Assembly: GCA_964630265.1 (NCBI GenBank)
Contig: CAZVRW010000006.1
Location: 753-64,752 of the forward strand
DNA length: 64,000 nt
Origin: an uncultured Rhodospirillaceae bacterium
GTDB lineage: Bacteria > Pseudomonadota > Alphaproteobacteria > Rhodospirillales > Defluviicoccaceae
Reading direction: 5' to 3'
The position numbers and the translations under genes were made by a program. The notes beneath the pieces are model-generated. The model did no database searches. It was not told the DNA's origin and saw only the letters and a program-made list of their open reading frames with translations. Positions 51,572 to 59,398 of this stretch are shown in pieces (position 1 is the first letter of the stretch; each line of letters opens with the position of its first letter).

Positions 51572-51649
51572 TGGGGCGAGAGATGGGATTCGAACCCACG
51601 ACCTCCTGGACCACAACCAGGCGCTCTAACCGACTGAGCTACTCCCGCC
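51572..51649 (-). tRNA. tRNA-His (anticodon GUG) with encoded G-1 and CCA
   Basis: Reverse complement folds as G-1, acceptor GCGGGAG/CTCTCGC (one G-U pair), anticodon stem CCTGG/CCAGG with loop TTGTGGT, T-arm GTGGG TTCGAAT CCCAT, discriminator C, CCA. Confidence 0.9.
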
Positions 51650-51745
51650 ATCGCGGACGGACGACATACCCCTCGCCCGCCGCCTCGTCAAGCGCGCCGC
51701 CGCCCGCGCCTGGGCCCGCACGCGTGGCGTCAACTCGGCCGTCGC

Positions 51746-54310
51746 TCAGGCCCGAGGGCGGCGCACGCGCGATTGGCCGACAAGAGTCAGCCCGGCGAAG
51801 GCCGCCAGCAGTACCGACAGCGATGTCGGTGCAGCCACGGCCACCGGTACTTGGACGAGGAATTGCGCGACGATGGGATCGTGGTCGCTCAGCAGGGTCT
51901 CGAACAGCCGTCCCGTGTTCATGTGCACGAAGTCGACGCCGACGAACCGGTCGAACACGCTCTGGCTGACCAGGATGTGATCCAGCGCCTGGGAGTTGCC
52001 CTCGAACTCGAAGGTGAAGATGTCCGTCGGGTCCGGGTTGCTGAACGCCAGGTTGATCAATACGTTGCTGCCATCATCGGCGCCGGTGAGAATGCTGAGC
52101 GGCTCGAAGAACTGGAACTCGTTGAGGTCACCGAGCACGATGATGTTGGCGAGCGGATCGAAGGCCAGCAGCGAGTCGACTGCGGCATTGACCGCGGCCG
52201 CCTGGGCGTTGCGCTCGTCGACGCTGCCGTTGGCCGGCGGCTGGGTGCTGCCGAACAGGGGATCGCTTCCGCTCTTCGATGAAAAGTGGTTGTTGATGAT
52301 GGTGAAGCTCTCCCCGGCGAAGCTGAATTCCATGACCAGGGGAAGGCGGGTGTCGAAGAACGGGCTCGCCGGGTCGCTCTGCAGGCCGGCGCTGGGGATG
52401 TCGGTGATCGTCCCATCTTGATCAATGGTGGCGACGCTGTCCGGGGCGACGGGCACGCGATCGGCGTTGTACAGGAACGCCGTGCGGATGTTGGCGCCGG
52501 GAGCGCCGCCGCTGGTGTTGTCGCCGATGAAGGGGTTGTCCACGAAGCTGTAGCTCGGACCGCCCGCGTCGGCGATGGCATCCACCAGTGTCTGCAGGGT
52601 CAATGCGGCGCTGACCGTGCCATCGTTGGCCGCTCCCGAATTGTCCTGGATCTCCTGCAGGGCGAGGACGTCGGGGGCGCCCATGTTGGTGACGATCTGC
52701 CGGGCGAGGCCGGCGAAGCGGCCGCTGCCGATGTCGTCATTGCCGTCCTGATCATTGGGATCGAGGTTGAAGACGTTGTAGGTGGCGACGGTGAAGTTCA
52801 TGGCGTCGCCGGCCAACGTCGTCACCTCGTCGGGCCGGTCGAGCTCGGTGGTCACGACCGGCGCCAGCGGCCGGATTCGGTAGTCGTTGAAGCTGAACTG
52901 GACGACCCCGGTGATGTCGCCGCCGTCGCTGCCCACCAAGTCGCCCATCTCGGGGGGCATCTCGGGACGGGTATCGGAGTCGACGGTGCCGACGATCAGG
53001 ATCCGCTCGGGATTCAGGTCGGCCTGCAGCGGATTGTCATTGAAACTGTTGACGGTGTCGGCGCTGATGGTGATGCCGCCGCGGGAATTGAGGCTGGTCA
53101 GGTTGCCGTCTTCGTCGTCGCGGCTGACGGCATAGAACTCGCCACGGCTCGGCCGGGTATCCTCGTCACTGACGGCCTGGGCGCCCACCAGCGTCACCAG
53201 CATGCCCTCGAGGCTCTCGTAGAAATCGCGGCCATCGGTGGCCGGGTCGAAGACGACCGATCCCAGGTCGTCGACGATGGTGTTGGGCTGCGTCCGGTGC
53301 GGATTGGTGGACGGTGCCGCCAGGTCGGTGCTGATGGTCACCGGCACGATCTCGTTGCCGGAGTTGAGGACGGTGACGACCGGCGTGTTGGCGAGTTGGG
53401 TCTCGTTGAAGAACTCAGCGACGGTTCCCTCCACGTCCACCGCATCGCCGACCGCGACGCCCGGCGCGCCGCCGGTGAAGACGAAGATGCCATCCGACGT
53501 GCGATCGTCGCCGTCGCCGACGGGGTCCTGCAAATAGAAACCGTTACTGGCGACCGCGGTGACGAGGCCGCTGGTGACGACCCGGTTTCCCTCCGCGGGC
53601 GAGACGTGCCCCGGCCCCTGGATCTCCATGATCGACAGGACTTGTGACGACGGCGGATTGGGATCGACGGCGTTCGTCGTCCCCGGCGTGTTGAAGGTCG
53701 TGCCCGCCGCCGGCGTTCCGGCGACGATGCCGGCGAGATCGAAGTCGTTGCGGGTCCAGTCCCCGTCGCTGTCGGTGTCGACGCCGTCCGGCAGCCGCGA
53801 AGCGCCGCCGACGGTGAACGAATTGCCATCGAAGCCCGGCGCCAGGACCGGCGCACCGAAGTTGGAATCGCCGGCGCCGCCATCCCAGATGCCGATCGAG
53901 TCGACGACGCGCGACCAGGGGGTGACGTCGAACACGCCCGTATTACTCGTGTCCAGATCCTGGCCGAGGGTGCCGCTGAAGTCCTCGACGAGGAACAGGC
54001 TCATGGTCCCGTTCTCGATCAGGTTGTTGGAAAAATTCGTCACCCAGAAGCCGTGGACATCGGTCGTGCCCACTTGAAAGACGCTGTCGATGATGCCAAC
54101 CGAGGAGTCGCCCTCGATCTGCAAAATGCTCAGAGCGGAATAGTCGAAATCGGCCAATCCGAAAATTTCGACGTACTCGTTGACGTCTGTGCCAGCGTGA
54201 TTGGCCACAAATTCGTTGATTGTCTGTGCCCGCCCGTCGTCACACATCAAAACGACCAGAGCAGTGCTTGCCAGCAAGGTGCGGATTCGCGTCCCACCGG
54301 GCATATTCAT
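51746..54310 (-). CDS. ExeM/NucH-type extracellular nuclease (lamin-tail domain + endonuclease/exonuclease/phosphatase domain) with a C-terminal sorting-signal-like tail
   Basis: Signal peptide. LTD-like INEFVANHAGTDVNEYVEIFG. EEP motifs VATYNVFNL, VLALQEIQDN, IINNHFSSK, VLGDLNEF, SDHDP. Tail VPVAVAAPTSLSVLLAAFAGLTLVGQSRVRRPRA. Confidence 0.8.
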   Translation of the reverse strand: MNMPGGTRIRTLLASTALVVLMCDDGRAQTINEFVANHAGTDVNEYVEIFGLADFDYSALSILQIEGDSSVGIIDSVFQVGTTDVHGFWVTNFSNNLIENGTMSLFLVEDFSGTLGQDLDTSNTGVFDVTPWSRVVDSIGIWDGGAGDSNFGAPVLAPGFDGNSFTVGGASRLPDGVDTDSDGDWTRNDFDLAGIVAGTPAAGTTFNTPGTTNAVDPNPPSSQVLSIMEIQGPGHVSPAEGNRVVTSGLVTAVASNGFYLQDPVGDGDDRTSDGIFVFTGGAPGVAVGDAVDVEGTVAEFFNETQLANTPVVTVLNSGNEIVPVTISTDLAAPSTNPHRTQPNTIVDDLGSVVFDPATDGRDFYESLEGMLVTLVGAQAVSDEDTRPSRGEFYAVSRDDEDGNLTSLNSRGGITISADTVNSFNDNPLQADLNPERILIVGTVDSDTRPEMPPEMGDLVGSDGGDITGVVQFSFNDYRIRPLAPVVTTELDRPDEVTTLAGDAMNFTVATYNVFNLDPNDQDGNDDIGSGRFAGLARQIVTNMGAPDVLALQEIQDNSGAANDGTVSAALTLQTLVDAIADAGGPSYSFVDNPFIGDNTSGGAPGANIRTAFLYNADRVPVAPDSVATIDQDGTITDIPSAGLQSDPASPFFDTRLPLVMEFSFAGESFTIINNHFSSKSGSDPLFGSTQPPANGSVDERNAQAAAVNAAVDSLLAFDPLANIIVLGDLNEFQFFEPLSILTGADDGSNVLINLAFSNPDPTDIFTFEFEGNSQALDHILVSQSVFDRFVGVDFVHMNTGRLFETLLSDHDPIVAQFLVQVPVAVAAPTSLSVLLAAFAGLTLVGQSRVRRPRA

Positions 54311-54589
54311 TCAGAAATCTCCAATCCTATCACAATCTGTTGTGTTTCGGGTCTTGTGTTTTGATGGGTAGAGGCCGGAGAGCGAGAATAACCAGCAAGC
54401 GCTTGCCAGTCGACGTCACCCAGGGCCGCCGCACTCTGGCCGTTCCCACAGCACAGACACGGCAGGCCGCCCAACGATTGCATTGGAATTAGCCGGCTTC
54501 CGGCGCGGACTTCCAATGAAACTTTTACGAATATTTGGAGAATGGCGCCGCCCCGCCGGGGAACCGGCAGCGGCAGCTTCAGAAACGCG

Positions 54590-55495
54590 TCAGTCGCCGT
54601 GCTCGGGGCCGCCGACGGGGCGGCTGATCAGCACCGTCACGCCGTCGCGCTCGCGGAGGACGTCGACCTCCTCGTGGGTGCGTACCGAAATCTGTGGTTC
54701 CGCCCGTTCCTCTTCGGTGCGCCGGTCCGGCGGTGTGACGATGCCGCCGGAAATCACCATCTTGATCGCTTCCTCGACGGTCATGGTCAGCGGCAGGATG
54801 TCCTTCCGCGGGACGAACAGGAGAAAGCCCGAGGTGGGGTTCGGCGTCGTCGGCAGGAAGATGTTGACCATCTCCTCGTCGGTCAGGTTCTGCACCTCGC
54901 CTTCCGTTCGCCCGGTGATGAAGGCGATGGCCCACAGCCCGCGCCGCGGGTATTCGACCAGCACCGCCTGGCGAAACGCCGCCGACTGCTGGGCGAGGAT
55001 GGTCTCGACGATCTGCTTGATCGCGCCATAGATACTGCGGATCACCGGCATCCGCGCGAGCACCCCCTCGTACATGCGGATCATCAAGCGGCCGATGAAG
55101 CCGGCGGCGAAAAAGCCGATGAGGATCAGGACGGCGACGATGATGACGACGCCGAGGCCGGGAAGCGCGAAGGGGAGATAGGTTTCGGGGTTGTAGCGCG
55201 CCGGGATCAGCGCGGTGACCTTGGAGTCGATGAAGGTGATCACCAGCCACGCCAGATAGAAGGTGATGGCGACCGGCGCGGTGATCAGGATGCCGGCGAA
55301 GAAATAGGCGCGAATGCGCGCGCCGAAACCGACCCGCGGCGCGACCCGCGGCGGTTTCACCGTCGGGTCGTCCGCGCGGCGTCGCGACTTCCGCCGCTCC
55401 TTGCGTCGGGACCTCGGCTCCTCGTGACCCGGCTCGTCGGGGCCCCGCGTGTCGTCCGTCGGCTCGTCGGTCATCCCATCGGCCTCAGTCGGCAC
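54590..55495 (-). CDS. DUF502 family membrane protein
   Basis: Charged N-terminus, two TM helices and the conserved IPGLG-like ALPGLGVVI...RMPVIRSIYGAIKQI...VLVEYPRRGLWAIAFITG core. Confidence 0.75.
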   Translation of the reverse strand: MPTEADGMTDEPTDDTRGPDEPGHEEPRSRRKERRKSRRRADDPTVKPPRVAPRVGFGARIRAYFFAGILITAPVAITFYLAWLVITFIDSKVTALIPARYNPETYLPFALPGLGVVIIVAVLILIGFFAAGFIGRLMIRMYEGVLARMPVIRSIYGAIKQIVETILAQQSAAFRQAVLVEYPRRGLWAIAFITGRTEGEVQNLTDEEMVNIFLPTTPNPTSGFLLFVPRKDILPLTMTVEEAIKMVISGGIVTPPDRRTEEERAEPQISVRTHEEVDVLRERDGVTVLISRPVGGPEHGD

Positions 55496-56360
55496 CGAAG
55501 AACGCGGTCAGCGCAGCCAGGGTCTCCTCCGGCGCTTCCTCGGGCAGGAAATGGCCACACGGCACGGCCTGCCCCCGGACGTCCGCGGCACGTTCACGCC
55601 ACGTCGCCAACACGTCGTAATGATTGTCCATCAGCCCGCGGGCACCCCAGAGCGCCAGGAGCGGACAGGTGACCTTGGTTGCCATGTCGGCCTCGTCGTG
55701 GCGGAGGTCGATGGACGCCGCGGCGCGATAGTCCTCGCATGAGGCGTGGATGCAGGCCGGATCGCTGAAGCAGCGAACGTATTCGGCCACCGCCGCGTCC
55801 GTAAAGTGCTCCATGCCACCGCCCCACTGCCGCAGCTTCTGCCTCAAGTACCAGCCTGGGTCGTGACCGATCATGATCTCCGGCAGTCCGTTTCCCTGGA
55901 TCAGGAAGAACCAGTGATAGTAGCCTGTTGCGACGGCCTGATTCACCGTCGAAAAAATCTTGTGGGTGGGAACGATGTCGAGCACGGCCAAGCGAGCAAC
56001 CGAACCAGGATGATCGAGGGCCAACCGATGGGCGACGCGGCCGCCGCGATCGTGTCCGGCGACAAAGAAGCGCTCGAAACCGAGCGCCGCCATCAGCTTG
56101 ACTTGGTCGCTCGCCATCGCCCGCTTCGAATAGGCGACGTGGGTCGTATCGGAGGGGGGCCTGCCGCTATCGCCGTACCCGCGCAGATCGGCGGCGACGA
56201 CCGTGAAGGTCTGGGCAAGGCGCGGCGCGATCTTGTGCCAGATGACGTGGGTTTGCGGATAGCCGTGCAGCAGCAGCAACGGTGGCCCCGACCCGCCGCG
56301 AACGAAATGGATCACCGTCTCGCCGACGTCGATGTCGTCCGTCTCGAAGCCTTCGAACAT
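55485..56360 (-). CDS. Alpha/beta hydrolase, haloacetate (fluoroacetate) dehalogenase family
   Basis: MFEGFE..., LLLLHGYPQTH, nucleophile elbow GHDRGGRVAHR, YYHWFFL, EDYRAA, PCGHFLPEE. An upstream in-frame ATG at 56375 is also possible. Confidence 0.8.
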   Translation of the reverse strand: MFEGFETDDIDVGETVIHFVRGGSGPPLLLLHGYPQTHVIWHKIAPRLAQTFTVVAADLRGYGDSGRPPSDTTHVAYSKRAMASDQVKLMAALGFERFFVAGHDRGGRVAHRLALDHPGSVARLAVLDIVPTHKIFSTVNQAVATGYYHWFFLIQGNGLPEIMIGHDPGWYLRQKLRQWGGGMEHFTDAAVAEYVRCFSDPACIHASCEDYRAAASIDLRHDEADMATKVTCPLLALWGARGLMDNHYDVLATWRERAADVRGQAVPCGHFLPEEAPEETLAALTAFFGAD

Positions 56361-56454
56361 GGAGCCCCCGTGCATGAACCGGCCGGCGTCTTTTGGCGCA
56401 CCGACGCAAAACGCACATTATAAGAGGGCTTTGCAGAGGAAAAGGATCATTGCC

Positions 56455-56910
56455 GTGGCTCCCATTGTCCGCGACTATCCCGCCTGCCCGCTGGTCGGCG
56501 TTGGGGTAGTGGTCTTTCGCGTCCGCCACGTGCTGTTGATCCGGCGTGGCGCACCCCCCCTTGCCGGCGAATGGAGCCTGCCCGGTGGCTTGCAGGAACT
56601 CGGCGAGACGGTCGCCGAGGCGGCGCGGCGCGAGGTTCTGGAAGAAACCGGCGTGACGGCCCGAATCCATAGCGTCGTCGACGTCATCGACCTGATCCGG
56701 CGCGATCCGCCCGGCGACACCGTCCGCACCCATTACACGCTGATCGACATGCTCGGCGTCTGGGAAGCCGGCGAGGCGGTCGCCGCATCCGATGCAACCG
56801 ATGCGGCATGGATCCCGATCACGGAGGTTCCCCGGCTCGGGTTGTGGTCGGAGACCGAGCGCGTCATCCGGCTCGCCCATCACCGCCTCGCCGCCGAGCC
56901 GCCGATCTGA
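56455..56910 (+). CDS. NUDIX hydrolase
   Basis: Nudix box GEWSLPGGLQELGETVAEAARREVLEETG. The GTG at 56455 follows an AGAGGAAAAGGA purine tract. Confidence 0.85.
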   Translation: MAPIVRDYPACPLVGVGVVVFRVRHVLLIRRGAPPLAGEWSLPGGLQELGETVAEAARREVLEETGVTARIHSVVDVIDLIRRDPPGDTVRTHYTLIDMLGVWEAGEAVAASDATDAAWIPITEVPRLGLWSETERVIRLAHHRLAAEPPI

Positions 56911-56988
56911 ACCAGGTGCGGCGTTTTCCCGATCGACGCCGCCGGATGGCATGCTAGTCTCGCGCGTGTCCAAACGGCGAGGTTGTCC

Positions 56989-57519
56989 ATGACCATCAGC
57001 GCCCGTGTCTCCGTCTCCTCTGCCGATCACGTCGGGCTGGTCGCCGCGATCTCCGGACGGCTGTTCGATCTCGGCGGCAATCTGGGTGACACCACGTTCG
57101 CCGTCGTCGGCGGCTCCGCCGAGTTCTTCGCCATCGTCGAGTTTCCCGACGCCACCTCCCTCGTGGACGTGGCAGCAGAACTCCGCGCCGTGCCGGAACT
57201 GGCCGACGCGGTGGTGTCCGTGACGCCCGCGGTCAGCCCGTCGGACGGCATTCCCGCCACCGCGATCACCCACACGATCACCGTCTTCGGCGGCGACCGC
57301 CCCGGTCTGGTGGCGCGATTGAGCGAAGCCTTGGCCGATTTCCGAGCCAACATCGTGCGGCTGGACGCCGAGCGGATGCCGACCTCCGGCGGCTTGGCGT
57401 ACGCCGTTCGGATCGCCGCGCACATTCCGCCCGACGCCGCCGCGTCGTGCCTCGCGACGGTGACCAACACGGCGGGAAGCCTGGGGCTCAGCTGTCAGAT
57501 CGACCAGTCGATTCCCTGA
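56989..57519 (+). CDS. Tandem ACT-domain protein (GcvR-like)
   Basis: Two ACT-like repeats (VSSADHVGLVAAISGRLFDLGGNL; VFGGDRPGLVARLSEALADFRANI), about 176 aa. Confidence 0.65.
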   Translation: MTISARVSVSSADHVGLVAAISGRLFDLGGNLGDTTFAVVGGSAEFFAIVEFPDATSLVDVAAELRAVPELADAVVSVTPAVSPSDGIPATAITHTITVFGGDRPGLVARLSEALADFRANIVRLDAERMPTSGGLAYAVRIAAHIPPDAAASCLATVTNTAGSLGLSCQIDQSIP

Positions 57520-57522
57520 ACG

Positions 57523-58311
57523 TCACCGATGGCCCGGCGGATCAAGCGCGGACACCCGGTCGGCGAGCCGGCGTGCGTGGACGTCCCGCACCGCCGCGGC
57601 GATTTCGCCACCCAGGTCGGCAAGCGCGTCACTCAGGGCCGCCACGATCGCCCGGTAGGATTCCGGCGGCAGCGATTTCGTGCCATCGGCTTCGATCACG
57701 ACCGGAACGTCGAGCGACGGGCGGAACGTCGAGCGGCCGAAGGCAAGTTCGCGCGTGCCGTCGCCGTCGAGAATGCTCCATTGGGCGGTGACCAGCACCG
57801 CCGCCTCCCAGATCCACTCGAAGGCGAGGACGTTTGCCTCGACGCGATAGTCGACGTCGATGGCGCGGCTGGTCGGCAGCGGCAAAACGCGATCCGTCGG
57901 CACCAGGGCCGTCAGGTTCTCCGCCAGCACGATGGCGATGTGCTGATCGAGCGGCGCTGCCCACTGGTCGAATTCGGCCAGCGTCAACTCGTTGGGCCCG
58001 GTGCGGGCGGCGACCGAGCGATGATCGAGGTGTTGCGCGAGCGTCACCGGTGCAATGCCGATGGTCGGCGCGGCGCCTGACGCCGGTGCGACGGCGGTCG
58101 CTGGCAGCGAAGCGAGCACGTAATGCCGCGTCGGCGGGCTCTCCGATCGCAGCAAAGGCGTGCAGGCGCTGAGGGCTGCGGCGAGCAGGGCCACCGAGCC
58201 GGCGGCGAGCAGGGCCACCGAGCCGGCGGCGAACAGGGGCACCGAGCCGGCGGCGAACAGGGGCACCGAGCCGGCGGCGAAGAAGCGACGAAGGGTGTGG
58301 CGTCCGGCCAT
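57523..58311 (-). CDS. ABC-transport auxiliary lipoprotein (PqiC/DUF330-like) with a repeat-expanded signal peptide
   Basis: Lipobox LSAC, followed by a domain of about 190 aa directly downstream of an MCE gene. The N-terminal h-region holds 4 x 8-aa repeats. Confidence 0.65.
   Translation of the reverse strand: MAGRHTLRRFFAAGSVPLFAAGSVPLFAAGSVALLAAGSVALLAAALSACTPLLRSESPPTRHYVLASLPATAVAPASGAAPTIGIAPVTLAQHLDHRSVAARTGPNELTLAEFDQWAAPLDQHIAIVLAENLTALVPTDRVLPLPTSRAIDVDYRVEANVLAFEWIWEAAVLVTAQWSILDGDGTRELAFGRSTFRPSLDVPVVIEADGTKSLPPESYRAIVAALSDALADLGGEIAAAVRDVHARRLADRVSALDPPGHR
58178..58273. repeat. 4 x 24-bp perfect-phase tandem repeat (AABB arrangement) inside the lipoprotein signal peptide
   Basis: Units at 58178-58201 and 58202-58225 (GCGGCGAGCAGGGCCACCGAGCCG), then 58226-58249 and 58250-58273 (GCGGCGAACAGGGGCACCGAGCCG). 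They encode AAGSVPLF x2 and AAGSVALL x2 on the minus strand. Confidence 0.92.
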
Positions 58312-58314
58312 GGG

Positions 58315-59349
58315 TTACCGTCCGAACAGAATGGAACTGGGATTGCGTTCGAGGGAATCGGCGAGCGAGCGGATCGCTCGTGCCGCCGAGTTGAGCTGTC
58401 GCAACGTGCCGATCATTTCCACGTATATCGGCGAGCCCGGCTCGACCAAGCCATCGGCGGCACGGAGCAGAGAGTCGGCGCGCGCGATCGCCGCCCGCGC
58501 CTCGGCCAGCAACGGTCCGATCTGTGCCACGGCCGGACGGCTGTCGGCGAGCAGCGCCTTGGCTTCGCCAGCCGCGCCGGTGACGCCATCGGCGGCGGCC
58601 ATCAGGCTCGCCGCCAGGGGTTCCACCTGGGTTTCGACGGTGGCAATCAAATCCCGGGTTTCGGCGAGCAGCGCCTGGGCGTCGCCAAGGACCTGGTCCA
58701 GGCCCGGATCCTCGATCCGTGCGCGGACGGCGAGCAGGGTGTCGTTGAGATTTCGGACGATGTCCTCGAGCGGCAACTCGGCGAGCTTGCCCATGACGTT
58801 CTTTGCCGTTGCCCGGATCTCGGCGATGTCCGAACGAACGGTCGGGATCTCGGTGGGGTCGTCGCTGATGAAGACGGGATCGCTGCCCGGCCGCATCACC
58901 AGATTGATCTGCAGCTTGCCGGTGAGAATGCTGCTGACGCCCAGCTGCGCGCGAATGCCGCGATCGATCAGGCTCACGGTCTGCCCACTGCGGCCGCGGC
59001 GGATCTCGCGGATCAGTTCCTCCGATCCGCCCGTGTACTGCAACGCCTGCGGCAGCAGCACGACGGACACCGGTGTGTGGAAGCTGTCGTCCTCCAGGTT
59101 CCAGACGAGGGCGATGTCAGTGACGGAGCCGATCTGCACGCCGTTCAGCAGGACCGGCGCGCCGACGTCGAGACCGGTGACCGCTTCGCTGAAAAACATG
59201 ACGGCCGGGACGCGGGACTGAAACAGCCGGCCGCTGCCGAACAGAACGAGTCCGGTGACAATCAGGGCAATGGCGCCAAGGACGAAAGCACCGGTAAGCT
59301 TGTAACTCGGGCGGCCATTCATCGGCGGTCGGCGGCTCCTCGGCGCCAA
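58315..59349 (-). CDS. MlaD/MCE family protein
   Basis: N-terminal TM helix, then the MCE fold motif FFSEAVTGLDVGAPVLLNGVQIGSVTDI and a long helical C-terminus. Confidence 0.85.
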   Translation of the reverse strand: MAPRSRRPPMNGRPSYKLTGAFVLGAIALIVTGLVLFGSGRLFQSRVPAVMFFSEAVTGLDVGAPVLLNGVQIGSVTDIALVWNLEDDSFHTPVSVVLLPQALQYTGGSEELIREIRRGRSGQTVSLIDRGIRAQLGVSSILTGKLQINLVMRPGSDPVFISDDPTEIPTVRSDIAEIRATAKNVMGKLAELPLEDIVRNLNDTLLAVRARIEDPGLDQVLGDAQALLAETRDLIATVETQVEPLAASLMAAADGVTGAAGEAKALLADSRPAVAQIGPLLAEARAAIARADSLLRAADGLVEPGSPIYVEMIGTLRQLNSAARAIRSLADSLERNPSSILFGR

Positions 59350-59398
59350 ACCCTGGCGCTCGCGGCGTGAACAGGGGCGCGGCGGGCGGGACGGTCAC

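Noticed and set aside
51512-51650. tRNA-His as the boundary of a kai-containing genomic island
   Set aside because: The 3' end of the tRNA faces kaiC, as expected for an integration site. However, I see no integrase, no partial tRNA-His direct repeat further left by eye, and no obvious compositional break, so the island hypothesis is unsupported from this window.
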